DNA from: Eutreptiella sp. 'Long Island Sound 2002'
Lineage: Eukaryota; Protista; Euglenida
Direction of reading: 5' to 3'
Length of the DNA: 64,000 bases
Assembly: GCA_964036045.1 (NCBI GenBank)
Contig: OZ038378.1
Location: 2,046,001 to 2,110,000 of the forward strand
Below the pieces are notes generated by a model, which was given only the letters and a program-made list of their open reading frames with translations, had not been told where the DNA came from and made no database searches. Shown here piece after piece: positions 1-12,261 of the stretch (its first letter is position 1; the number at the start of each line of letters is the position of its first letter). Made by a program: the position numbers and the translations under genes.

Positions 1-375
1 CAAAGGCTTGCAGCGTCTTTGGCCCAGCTGTAACGATGAACAGGGTGACTTGGGTAAGGGTGACCGCTGTATGAGTTAGGATTTGGGTAGTGGTTACCGC
101 TATAACCCCACTGTGGGTTAGGATCGGGGTGACTGCTGTGTGGGTTGGCATTGGGGTTTTGCAGTTTTAAAAGTAGCTGCCCCTCCCGCTCATGGACCCG
201 TTGACGGGCAAGCCGGCAAGCCAGTGGCCTTGTAGCTCCAAGGCCGCTGCAATCCACTCCTCTCTCGTCGTCTCTGTCTTGGGTGTAGTCGCCCAGCGGG
301 CGACGGCGGCGGCCATGCCTGCTGCAACAGCATCTCGCCTCCGCTCGTTGCGCCAAGGACCCGGACAGCCTTTTT

Positions 376-636
376 TTAAACCTGCAACACGACAAACACG
401 AACTTCAGGTGAGTGAAGCAGCGTTCCTTCCATATCCTCTGAATCCTTCCAAGACAAATGACAATTACGGCGACCTGCACATAAAGATTTGAGCGTGTGT
501 CAGAGATGCTGCTGGTCCCCGTGCCGGGTCCGCCAGATGTGAACGCCACCTCTTGCCCGAAGGCTGCCCACCCAATCAGGTGCCTGGATGTGGGGATTCT
601 CTGTGTTTGCATATCAATGGATTGCATGGCGCTCAC
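376..636 (-). pseudogene. Decayed P-loop (Walker A-like) segment downstream of USP; repeated at ~2653-2676 and ~4795-4818
   Basis: WAAFGQEVAFTSGGPGTGTSS resembles SF1 helicase GGPGTGK(S/T) with Lys replaced by Thr, followed by a hydrophobic strand VQVAVIVIC. Confidence 0.45.
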
Positions 637-1082
637 AGAAGGGGACCCAGTTGGATTTTGGCAAAATGAAATGCATTACTCCGTACACATCGACCTGATC
701 TGTTTTGGCCACTACAGAATCTGGGTCCAGGAGGGTAGGGTGGCGAGTCCCACCTCCCATGGTTGTTGGCTGTTCTGCTCCGTGCTTTGCCACCAGCGGT
801 TGATGGTAAACATCAAACGACATTCACCCGTAAGCTCTGCCTTTGTAGAAGCCTTGCCACATCTTCGACAAACTCGGGGGAGGGATGTGCTTCCCCAACA
901 TGGGAGATATATTCTTGGTCACCCGTTCGCAACGCCATGGCTGGCAACTGGGTGTTACTCGGCATGCTCGGGACATTCCTATTGACAGTTGTTGCTGTAG
1001 ACTGCGAGGGGGCAGCGCGTCTACCGCGATTGCACCCTCTTTGCGAACAGCCTTGCGACAGACCCACCCTCTTTGTTAGAGT

Positions 1083-1940
1083 ACGCTCATACAATAGGAA
1101 TGTCACCTGTCGCGAAGCGCCAGGGGGCCGTCGCCTTGTCATTGAGGCATCATCACACAACCACCACTCGTCGCCAACCAAACTGTGTACAACAAAGTGC
1201 CCTTGCTCCCTAGTCGCTGCAATGTGCAGCACTATGGCCCGGAGGGACCAATCGTACCCTTTGACATCCACAAACTCATGATCCATAGTCAAGCTGTGAA
1301 GCTATTGATTGTGGATGTGGAGTGGAGCCAACTTGTTGAACACCAGCGACACCTGTACAGGGGCCTCCTGGAGATCCCCCCCACAGTAACACGGGGGAGC
1401 GTTTGAAGGGCGGCCCAGCGAACGGCCCTTTGTTCCCTCCCTTATCCGCTTTTGCACACTTTGCCCCTAATTAGTACCATGCAACACCTGGGTAGCCATT
1501 GCCATCTCCCCTCCACCATGGAGGATTTTCTTGTCACATACGGGGCACCGCTGCCACCATTGCTCATGACACAAGCAGTCAGATAGATAACGAACACTGG
1601 CACCAATCAGCTTCGGTACCATGTGCTTCCAACACTGAGCCATCTCGGACTGTTGCTTCCACTGGAGCTTGGGAACCTTCTGAGCACATTGACACCAACC
1701 ACTGCAATGGCACACAGTAACTGTCAGCTTCCCCTCCCCCGCCAAGTGGCGTGCAACGGCATGCGGATTGTACACAACACCGGATGTACCAACCACCATA
1801 TCCCCCCAAAGTGTAGCCCACACCGCCAGATCATCTGGGCACTCATCATGGAAAGCACCATGTCCGCCAAAGGCCAGGAGGAGGCACTGCAATGTAGTAC
1901 CAACCCAGCAGTAGTTGCGATTTGGTGGGTTCGCCATGCC
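1083..1940 (-). pseudogene. USP / peptidase C19 (ubiquitin C-terminal hydrolase)-like domain, decayed, copy A
   Basis: Cys box-like GMANPPNRNYCWVGTTLQCLLL (Cys codon 1910-1908). QQDA-like GEADSYCVPLQWLVSM lies in a shifted frame. CPVC zinc motif. His box YDWSLRAIVLHIAATREQGHFVVHSLVGDEWWLCDDASM and C-terminal TFLLYER. Two in-frame TAG codons and at least one frameshift. Confidence 0.75.
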
Positions 1941-3224
1941 ACACGGCTGCTGCTGTGCTCCACCTTGCGGACCGCCACTAACCTGCACGTAGGCGGAAGG
2001 CATGCTTGCATAAGATGGCAAGGTGCCATGGAGGCAAACTCTGCCAATTTCCACGGTCGTAAAGCACCACCAATCGCATGTTCCCTCCCCATGGGCATGT
2101 AGCATGCCATGCCCCAGTGCGGAGCACTACAAGTTGCTCATCGACACGATATCTACGGCCTGCACGGTAAATGCCATCCGGGCAATGCCTTCTTCCTGCT
2201 GTGCCACCTGGTCCACTCCGGACACCTCCCTTTTCCACCCAAATGTCGTGCTGCCCATGACCATGCTCATGGTTTGGGGTGACTGCTGTGTGGGTTGGCA
2301 TTGGGGTTTTGCAGTTGTAAAAGTAGCCGCCCCTCCCGCTCATGGACCCGTTGACGGGCAAGCCAGTGGCCTTGTAGCTCCAAGGCCGCTGCAATCCACT
2401 GCTCTCTCGTCGTCTCTGTCTTGGGTGTAGTCGCCCAGCGGGCGACGGCGGCGGCCACGGCAGCCGCGACAGCATCTCGCCTCCGCTCGTCGCGCCAAGG
2501 ACCCGGACAGCCTTTTTTTAAACCTGCAACACGACAAACACGAACTTCAGGTGAGTGAATCAGCCTTCCTTCCACATCCTCTGACTCCTTCCAAGACAAA
2601 TGACAATTGCGGCAACCTGCACATAAAGATTTGAGCGTGTGTCAGAGATGCCGCTGGTCCCCGTGCCGGGTCCGCCAGATGTGAACGCCACCTCTTGCCC
2701 GAAGGCTGCCCACCCAATCCTGTGCCTGGATGTGGGGATTCTCTGTGTTTACATATCAATGGATTGCATGGCGCTCACAGAAGGGGACCCAGTTGGATTT
2801 TGGCAAAATGAAATGCATTACTCCGTACACATCGAACTGATCTGTTTTGGCCACTACCGAATCTGGGTCCAGGAGGGTAGGGTGGGGAGTCCCACCTCCC
2901 ATGGTTGTTGGCTGTTCTGCTCCGTGCTTTGCCACCAGCGGTTGATGGTAAACATCAAACGACATTCACCCGTAAGCTCTGCCTTTGTAGAAGCCTTGCC
3001 ACATCTTCGACAAACTCGGGGGAGGGATGTGCTTCCCCAACATGGGAGATATATTCTTGGTCACCCGTTGGCAACGCCATGGCTGGCAACTGGGTGTTAC
3101 TCGGCATGCTCGGGGCATTCCTATTGACAGTTGTTGCTGTAGATTGCGAGGGGGCAGCGCGTCTACCGCGATTGCACCCTCTTTGCGAACAGCCTTGCGA
3201 CAGACCCACCATCTTTGTTAGAGT

Positions 3225-4082
3225 ACGCTCATACAATAGGAATGTCACCTGTCGCGAAGCGCCAGGGGGCCGTCGCCTTGTCATTGAGGCATCATCACAC
3301 AACCACCACTTGTCGCCAACCAAACTGTGTACAACAAAGTGCCCTTCCTCCCTAGTCGCTGCAATGTGCAGCACTATGGCCCGGAGGGACCAATCGTACC
3401 CTTTGACATCCACAAACTCATGATCCATAGTCAAGCTGTGAAGCTATTGATTGTGGATGTGGAGTGGAGCCAACTTGTTGAACACCAGCGACACCTGTAC
3501 AGGGGCCTCCTGGAGATCCCCCCCACAGCAACACGGGGGAGCGTTTGAAGGGCGGCCCATCGAACGGCCCTTTATTCCCTCCCTTATCCGCTTTTGCACA
3601 CTTTGCCCCTAATTAGTACCATGCAACATCTGGGTAGCCATTGCCATCTCCCCTCCACCATGGAGGATTTTCTTGTCACATACGGGGCACCGCTGCCACC
3701 ATTGCTCATGACACAAGCAGTCAGATAGATAACGAACACCGGCACCAATCAGCTTCGGTACCATGTGCTTCCAACACTGAGCCATCTCGGACTGTGGCTT
3801 CCACTGGAACTTGGGAACCTTCTGAGCACATTGACACCAACCACTACAATGGCACACAGTAACTGTCAGCTTCCCCTCCCCCGCCAAGTGGCGTGCAACG
3901 GCATGCGGATTGTACACAGCACCGGATGTACCAACCACCATATCCCCCCAAAGTGTAGCCCACACCGCCAGATCATCTGGGCACTCATCATGGAAAGCAC
4001 CATGTCCGCCAAAGGCCAGGAGGAGGCACTGCAATGTAGTACCAACCCAGCACTAGTTGTGATTTGGTGGGTTCGCCATGCC
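3225..4082 (-). pseudogene. USP-like domain, decayed, copy B
   Basis: Same motifs as copy A at +2142, with an additional TAG (4055-4053) immediately before the catalytic Cys codon. Confidence 0.75.
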
Positions 4083-5366
4083 ACACGGCTGCTGCTGTGC
4101 TCCACCTTGCGGACCGCCACTAACCTGCAGGTAGGCGGAAGGCATGCTTGCGTAAGATGGCAAGGTGCCATGGAGGCAAACTCTGCCAATTTCCACGGTC
4201 GTAAAGCACCACCAATCGCATGTTTCCTCCCCATGGGCATGTAGCATGCCATGCCCCAGTGCGGAGCACTACAAGTTGCTCATCGACACGATATCTGCGG
4301 CCTGCACGGTAAATGCCATCCGGGCAATGCCTTCTTCCTGCTGTGCCACCTGGTCCACTCCGGACACCTCCCTTTTCCACCCAAATGTCGTGCTGCCCAT
4401 GGCCATGCTCATGGTTTGGGGTGACTGCTGTGTGGGTTGGCATTGGGGTTTTGCAGTTGTAAAAGTAGCTGCCCCTCCCGCTCATGGACCCGTTGACGGG
4501 CAAGCCAGTGGCCTTGTAGCTCCAAGGCCGCTGCAATCCACTGCTCTCTCGTCGTCTCTGTCTTGGGTGTAGTCGCCCAGCGGGCGACGGCGGCGGCCAC
4601 GGCAGCCGCGACAGCATCTCGCCTCCGCTCGTCGCGCCAAGGACCCGGACAGCCTTTTTTTAAACCTGCAACACGACAAACACGAACTTCAGGTGAGTGA
4701 ATCAGCCTTCCTTCCATATCCTCTGACTCCTTCCAAGACAAATGACAATTGCGGCAACCTGCACATAAAGATTTGAGCGTGTGTCAGAGATGCCGCTGGT
4801 CCCCGTGCCGGGTCCGCCAGATGTGAACGCCACCTCTTGCCCGAAGGCTGCCCACCCAATCCTGTGCCTGGATGTGGGGATTCTCTGCGTTTGCATATCA
4901 ATGGATTGCATGGCGCTCACAGAAGGGGACCCAGTTGGATTTTGGCAAAATGAAATGCATTACTCCGTGCACATCGACCTGATCTGTTTTGGCCACTACA
5001 GAATCTGGGTCCAGGAGGGTAGGGTGGGGAGTCCCACCTCCCATGGTTGTTGGCTGTTCTGCTCCGTGCTTTGCCACCAGCGGTTGATGGTAAACATCAA
5101 ACGACATTCACCCGTAAGCTCTGCCTTTGTAGAAGCCTTGCCACATCTTCGACAAACTCGGGGGAGGGATGTGCTTCCCCAACATGGGAGATATATTCTT
5201 GGTCACCCGTTGGCAACGCCATGGCTGGCAACTGGGTGTTACTCGGCATGCTCGGGGCATGCCTATTAACAATTGTTGCCGTAGACTGCGAGGGGGCAGC
5301 GCGTCTACCGCGATTGCACCCTCTTTGCGAACAGCCTTGCGACAGACCCACCATCTTTGTTAGAGT

Positions 5367-5575
5367 ACGCTCATACAATAGGAATGTCACCTGTCGCGAA
5401 GCGCCAGGGGGCCGTCGCCTTGTCATTGAGGCATCATCACACAACCACCACTTGTCGCCAACCAAACTGTGTACAACAAAGTGCCCTTGCTCCCTAGTCG
5501 CTGCAATGTGCAGCACTATGGCCCGGAGGGACCAATTGTACCCGTTGACATCCACAAACTCATGATCCATAGTCA
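5367..5575 (-). pseudogene. USP-like domain, His-box half only, copy C (5'-truncated at 5575)
   Basis: ORF 5097-5576 GHFVVHSLVGDKWWLCDD; homology to the other copies stops at 5575. Confidence 0.7.
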
Positions 5576-5859
5576 TACTCCATGCGAATGGAGTTCTGCA
5601 AATTGGCGTCCTAGTGTATAGGCAGCCACGAGGCTGGCCTCTAACGGGGGTTCATGGTGCTGCCCCCCCCCAAGCCCTGCATAGCAATGCCGCCACACCG
5701 TGCAATCCCATGGCACATTTGCATCAAGGCTTGGTCAAAATGCTGCTGCCTACTCAGCCGCACCGTCACAGGTGCGGGTTTGGGTTTGGGGTCAGGTTGA
5801 GGTCTACAATTGCAAGTAGAACTTAAACTTTCTGGCAACAACGAGCTCCGCCGGCTACC

Positions 5860-6640
5860 CCCGGATCTAGGGGCCCCCTTCCAGTCGAACTTGTTTCACC
5901 TTCTGGCAACGAGTTCCGCCGGCTCGGGGGTGCCACCTAATCATTCGTGAATGGTTGTGGTGCACCTGTTGCTTGTGGCCAAAAGTACGGCAATGGGTCC
6001 AACGGGACTTTCCGTATTTTTTCCACCCACAACCTTTCCACATAGGATGTGGGGTCCCGGGTCTCACCTCTTCAGAATGGCCATGAGTCCACAAGTTGCA
6101 ATGCATACACAATGTCATTCCAAGCCCCCCCCCAAGCTACTGGTGAGACGCTCATGGGGTGTCCAGCATTGGCCCCCCGTCGTCCACCCTGCTTCCCACT
6201 GAGTCGCTCATCCTCTTTCATCCGGTCCCACAGGGCGGAGGCTACCTTACGGTACCACACAATAGCACCGCCATCCTCTTTTGTGCATTTGGGACTACCC
6301 TTTTTGGTGTACATAAGGCGGCACAGTGTTGCAAGTACATGGGTATGGACGACATCCAGGCAACATGTTTCCATATGCCTTGCCAACCGCCTGTAATAGA
6401 TGGCCTCTTGTGCAGGTGGGGCACTCCACCCTAGCTGGCCTAGGGCTAGACAGAAGCCCCTTTTCATCTAGGCTGCCTCCATGGTGGCCCGTGGGGGCCA
6501 TTCAGGATGTTGGGCCATCTATAGCAGGCTGCCTCACGATCATTGAAGGTTGTGGCTTCTTTCGTGGGCAGCAAGGTCTGAGTTGGTGGGCACTTGTAGG
6601 TGACCACAGTTCAAGAGGGCAATCTGGTCCTGGACCCTGA
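5860..6640 (-). pseudogene. Decayed coding remnant of unknown family
   Basis: Protein-like ORFs 6072-6467 and neighbours on the same strand as the flanking USP and helicase relics; no recognisable motif. Confidence 0.3.
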
Positions 6641-6654
6641 TACTCGAAGTGGCA

Positions 6655-7080
6655 GTCCACGAAGACCCTCAAATGTTCCACGGAGACCCAAAATGTTCCA
6701 CGGATACCCTCAAACGTTGCACGGAGACCCATAATGTTCCAGGGAGACCCTCAAATGTTCCGCGGAGACCCATAATGTTCCACGGAGACCCTCAAATGTT
6801 CCACGGAGCCCCTCAAATGTTCCACGGAGACCCTCAAATGTTCCACAAAGCCCCTCAAATGTTCCACATAACTCCTAAATATTCCACGGGCACCCTCAAA
6901 TGTTCCACGGAACCCCTAAATATTTCACGGAGGCTGTCAAATGTTCCACGGAGCCCCTAAGTATTCCACGGGCACCCTCAAATGTCCCACAGAGCCCCTA
7001 AACATTCCACGGAGACCCTCAAATGTCGCACGGAGACCCAAAATAGTCCACGAAGACCCTCAAATGTTGCACGGAGACCC
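6655..7080. repeat. 21-bp minisatellite (consensus ~CCCTCAAATGTTCCACGGAGA), ~20 diverged copies
   Basis: Direct inspection; periodic aaatgttccacgga motif. Confidence 0.93.
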
Positions 7081-7084
7081 ACAG

Positions 7085-7335
7085 GTCAAAACTTCAACGG
7101 AGAGGGGTAATATGCCACACCCAAGACGCACTTCCTCACCACTGCTTAACGAAAAGGGTCAAATCTTCAACGGAAAGGGGTAATGTTCAATGGAAAGGGG
7201 TAATGTGCTGGACCCAAGACTCACTTCGTCGGCACTGTTCAAAAGAGAGGGTTAAAACTTCAACCGAAAGGGCTAATGTTCAAGAGAAAGGGGTAAGTAA
7301 TGTGATGGACCCAAGACTTACTTCCTCACCACAAG
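7085..7335. repeat. Three imperfect ~80-120 bp direct repeats
   Basis: Recurring caaaacttcaac..aaaggggtaat..cccaagac.cacttcctcaccac. Confidence 0.75.
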
Positions 7336-7484
7336 GGTCAGGTCAGGGCGCTACGGCTGGGGACCAAGGGCCAACTCCTGCAGCTCGGCGGCCAGCGGAG
7401 GAGTGTTGGGTGACATTGCATGATGAGCTGGACCTAGGAGTCACGTAAATGGGTAGGTTGGTTGGTACCGGCTTGTCTGGGTGT

Positions 7485-7600
7485 ACAACCTGGCCAAGGA
7501 CATACCGCTTCACACGGTATGGGAGTCCCTTCCATGCACAGTGCATGGTATGTCCGTGAACAGCCTGCGAGGCACACACATCCGACCCCCCCGGCACACT
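7485..7600 (-). pseudogene. PHD-finger-like Cys/His remnant
   Basis: ECAGGVGCVCLAGCSRTYHALCMEGTPIPCEAVCPWPGC fits the C-x4-C-x4-H-x2-C...C-P-x3-C spacing of PHD fingers (ORF 7434-7769). Confidence 0.4.
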
Positions 7601-8304
7601 CTCTCACCCCATGTAGCAAAGATGCTACATACACCCCCAAGGGTGTACAAAAGTCATCCCGCAGGAAGCGTACATTGTCGAGCTCGGTGTAGGCATCATG
7701 CCATACACGCAGGTCCACAGTACGGTAGGAGGCTGACCGGGGGGGGGGGGGGGGCATAGGTTTGGGCATGCTGCAAGGGTTTGTTGATTAGAAACTGTAC
7801 AGGCCTCTTCTCCCAATTTTCCAAGTCATCTGTGTGGCACACCCTCTCCAACCCCTCGATGTCATGCCAAGTTGCCCAGTTTGTGTCCTCATCCTTGAGA
7901 AGGATGTAGGGCAATGAAATCTGGGAGTGTCACCCCCAGGTGCAATGGTGTCACATCCCCTGTTGAGATTCGCAACTGCATCTCTAGTGTGCTGGAGCTC
8001 GTGTTGCACATGATTCGTGGCCAGTCCAACAATTGGTCGCTTTGGGGGGGGCAAATCCCTAGGGGTCCCGGGCCTTTCTGTGCCTCTTCCAAGGCTTCCA
8101 AAGCTATTGCCCCACCACCCCCGCCTTCCCCCCCTTAAACCTATAAATTGTACCTTCATTATGTATGGAGAGGCCTGGTTGCTGGTGGAGGACCCCTTGC
8201 AGATGCAACCTCTGTACCTACTCGGGAGAAGACCCAGTTCGTTGCAGTTGGTCAGCAATCACCCGCAACCCACCCAGCCAACCAACAGTGAGGGGGGAGT
8301 CATG

Positions 8305-9720
8305 CTAGCCCAGAAAGGGGCCAAAAATGTGGAGCTCAGACTGGGCCCTGCTTGTTAGCGTGTTCGCCCGCACCACATCCCACATGATTCCCGGCGCCCG
8401 GGACACCAGGGAGGCAAGGACGACAGGGGCTTGCAGACCCTGGTACCGGTCCAAGGTGGCGATTGTCTGCACGCACTCGTATCCGTGATCACCATGCAGC
8501 CACGTTCCCACACACCACACACAGTGCAGCAGCCATAGCATCTGTGCGTAGTGTGTGGTGAAGATTGCCGCTAACTTGGTGGGGTAGGAATGTGCATTGT
8601 GTTCGTTCTCCAGAAAGTGCACAAGCAATGCCTTATCCCTGCTAACATTCGCTTTGGAGCGCAAGTCCTCATCCATGACAAGAGAGTCCCATGCGTCCAT
8701 TATATGCTGCTTGAGGAGCCGCACCCGCTCTTCCGACATCCCCTACCGCGTCGGCTCATGTTGCCAGCCCTCAGAATGTGTGCTGACGATGCGGATGTGC
8801 TGACCTGCCAACATTGGGGCGGGTAATGCAGGGGAGGAAGGGGGGTACCCGCCCAATGCCCCCCAGTGAACAATCCACGCACAACCATTGCCAATGGCAA
8901 GTCCATGCGGAACTACTAGGTCAGGACACAAGCAGCGCACCTTGTAGGTGCAACACAAACTGCAACACACTACTCTTGGCAAAACGCATTGAGTCGTGGT
9001 ATTGCATTGGGGGCCCTTGGTCGATATCCACATCGACGTTAGAATAATGCTCATTGTGTGGCCAAGCAATTTGGTCAGATGTGACTTTTTGGTTGTCGGA
9101 TAGAGTTGCCAAGAGAGTGATGGCACTGTACGGGCGGAGTTGACCGGTATCCCCACAAAACATGCACTGTGCCCCAAAAGCAGCCAAGTCCCGACCCACC
9201 GGGATGCTGTGCCTCGAGGACTCATCCACGAAGCTGAAGGCAAACCGGGTTTGTTGCCTGCCTGGGGCACCCTAGGAAACCTTGCACCGTGAGCTGCCCC
9301 TAAAGCACTGTGTAGAGCTTGATTGTTTGTTGAAGGTAGGGGTTGGCCTCTTGTGTTGTGTCCACCCCGACAATTGACAGGTCGCAAGGAGAGTAAGCCC
9401 CCCTCCCACGCCGGGAGGTAGCCGGTTTTTTGGAATAGTGGAGAAGAAGCTGAGAAGTGTTTGCCGTAAGTGTGGGGTTGAGTCCCACCATACTGAACTC
9501 TTCATTGTGTGTGGGAGTACGGTTCCAGGACCCAACTTTAGCAGCAATGGTGTATTCAGCCGATGGCACCGCGTCACTGCATCTCCTGAATACTTCCATC
9601 CTAACCATGCCCACTGTTCAATGTTCACGGATACATCTATACGACCGTGCATAGAGCAGCTAGTGAGCGACAATGGTAGATCCAGCAGTATTGTCTCTAG
9701 CGCCCGATGCACTGCCAAAT
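8305..9720 (-). pseudogene. Upf1/DNA2/NAM7-like superfamily 1 helicase, decayed
   Basis: Motif II RFAFSFVDESS (~9229), motif III CGDTGQLRP (~9154), QYR-like MQYHDSMRF, AAIFTTHYAQ (ITPY.AQ-like), motif V TIATLDRYQGLQAPVVLASLV (~8457), motif VI RANTLTSRAQSELHIFG. Stops and frameshifts lie between the blocks; Walker A not clearly preserved. Confidence 0.8.
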
Positions 9721-11538
9721 ACTTTGATCACCAATTTCAAGGTATGGAGGTGATTCATTCCATACATTACTCCATAAACCATTCCCCTATGCGTGTTTGA
9801 GTGTGTGATGTCCGAGACATTCAAAACATGCACAAATTGTGTGCGAAACCTAGATCCATGTCTTGGTGGGCTCAACCTTGTACCTTGGCAGTGGTGTGTG
9901 TCTCGGGGGGGGGGGGGGGGGTGCGCATTACGCGCACTGCGCAAAAAGTCGCTTGACCTACACCCACCAAAAAGCATGTGGCACACTTTGCGAAGGCCTC
10001 ATCCCGAAAAACTTGAGGTGATGAATACTTGTGACCTGCCATTAACTTCCAACCCATTGATGACGGCGCACATCTACAGCATGTAATTTAGGGTACATGG
10101 GCCCTCAAAGCACCTAAGGAGGGAAGTTGATGTGGAACTAGAATTGCTGTGGCAGCACCAAATGCAGGTTGCACGGTGACACCGACGGTACCAATGCATC
10201 CCCAAGACCTGTTCACTGTGCGGCACGACCATGCATATTGTGCAAGACCCTGCACCACAAGCCCCCCCCGCCCCGGTTGTAACATACCCATACGACAGAG
10301 TATACATCACAGTATAAAGCAGAACTCCTGATGCATAGCGAGAAATGAACTACAAACACCACAATCCCCCAAAAAGGTGGGGATGCATGAAACACTCAAA
10401 AATGCAGTGTTGCAGCACCGTATCATACATGTTTGTGTCAACATCAACATCATTTTTTTCACCTCAAACTGCCAAAGTGCTCTAGGGAGTGAAAGCAAAG
10501 AGGCCTCTTGCAACGGGATAGCATTCCACGTATGTATCTAGCTCTAGGACCAATGCTAGCGGTTGTGAGCTCTCACTAAGGAAGTGTATTCCAAGCAAAC
10601 CATTTTAATTACTTGGTGTTGTGAATGGGGAGTTGTATGTGTACAGCGATCCTGTACAACAAAAACGGCTTGGATTGCTCGGCGGCGGCTCCGACAAGTT
10701 ATTGCAACACCATAAAGTGTTTATCGGCACGAGCCGTATGCCACACTTTCTCAAGAGGAACAATACTGCCCGGCTCACGCGCTGCCGCTCATTCAAGTGT
10801 GTTAAGCAAATAAGGAAAGGACACACGCAAGCACACGAGAATGTAGAAAAACAACTCGATAGTGTGCCGCATCCCCGTGGGGACAGCACCACTGACCCCA
10901 CCACGGGGTCACCGACTCCTCCAGAGGCCGCGGCGTTGCGTCACATAGGCCGCCTTGACATTGGCTCTGGTCTCCCTGGGGGCTCACCCCTACCACCTCA
11001 CATTGGTCCTCCATAGAACTTGCCTCGGGACTGAGATCCGTGTCCAGGCCAAAGAGGTCCAATAACTCCACCACGAAGATATCCCTGAGAGACACGACAC
11101 TCCATTCCCACTCCATCCTAAGACCCCATGCAAGCCCCGAAAGGCACAACTTTTGACATTGACCCCCTTGAAAAGCACCACTTAGCCGCAAGTGAGCCCC
11201 AACTTCACGTTTCTAGGCGAACCACAGGTACATTGGCCCACCTCAGGACGCTCTTGTTCAACCAACCAGCATCTAATGCAGACCTCTGCCCCAACCTATC
11301 AAGACAGCCCAATTTACTCCACCCTCTAGGCCCTTGGCACCACAACCACAACCCATGACACGCTAGCCAAACAGAAACACTCCGTGTTGATCGTGTGAAC
11401 CAATGTCTGCTTTGACAAGGGAAGGTGAAAGATCTCACCATCAATGATGTTAGAAAAGCAACTTAGTAAAGGAGTAAAGGATTCATGGCCGCCCACACTC
11501 TACTTGCATGGCTGCAGTGAGGCAATGGCTTTCTGCAA

Positions 11539-12261
11539 TCAAATGGGGGCGGCGGCAGCTTGAGGTACCATGTGATTGTTGGCTCTGATACCAGGGCTCC
11601 ATATGGGGCTCGTTGACCACGCGGATACTCGACGGCAACGGAAGGGATAGTCGCTGGACCCCGATGTAACGGCAAGGGGGGTGCACAGAAGAGCGTGGAC
11701 TGGAGTTGTGAGGGGGGGGGGAGCGCGGCTTTTTCTGCTGCGGCTTTGCACTGCTGTGTGATGCGTGGCGTTTAAACGGTGCCCGCTTCGCGGTGGTCCC
11801 TTGTGGCGCTGTTTGGCCGGCAGTGTTGCTGGAGCCCGCACTTTCTTTGTTTTGCTGGGGTTGGCATATGGGCATGCTCCGCGACACGGTGTGGTAGAGC
11901 ATGACGGCTGTTCATAGTCTTCGTGTAGCTGTGAGGGAGGAAAGGGAGAAAAATCGAACATGGCTGTGGTGTGAACAGAGCTGTAGGGTGGTGATGCATT
12001 ATAGCGAACGCTATTACGTTGGTTGAAATCACTGGGTGTCACGAAAAAGAACCTTTCCAATGAACCCCTGGGGAGGCAAAAAGCCATGTGCCAGCCCCCA
12101 GATTCATGGTGCCAATGGGTGGGGCAGTTCCAAAATGGGAACGGAATCGGGGCTATGGTATCAGGCATCCCCAGGCGGGCTAAGAAATGTGACAGTTGGG
12201 GATGCCTGATACCATAGCCCCGATTCCGTTCCGCTTCCCTCCCAAACCAATTAGTGGACAA
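11539..12261 (-). pseudogene. 240-aa ORF of unknown function, possible 5' part of the decayed multi-domain element
   Basis: Protein-like N-terminal half (GYGIRHPQLSHFLARLG...CPTHWHH), same strand as the helicase; no family assigned. Confidence 0.25.

Larger units (their letters stand above)
126..5575. repeat. Tandem array of a 2142-bp unit (~2.5 copies) derived from a decayed minus-strand coding segment
   Basis: Near-identical ORFs recur at a fixed 2142-bp offset (497/2639/4781; 813/2955/5097). Homology starts at ~126 (8-bp extra duplication near 210 in copy 1) and ends at 5575. Confidence 0.97.

Noticed and set aside
6655-7080. CRISPR-like array
   Set aside because: Repeats are contiguous with no unique spacers, no cas genes, eukaryotic context.
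1300-9280. In-frame TAG codons bridging USP blocks (1467, ~1305) and helicase blocks (9272) suggested TAG reassignment; all three host genes end in TGA
   Set aside because: The same relics also contain TGA stops and frameshifts; TAG is an expected product of CAG/TGG decay; host ORFs have no internal TAG.
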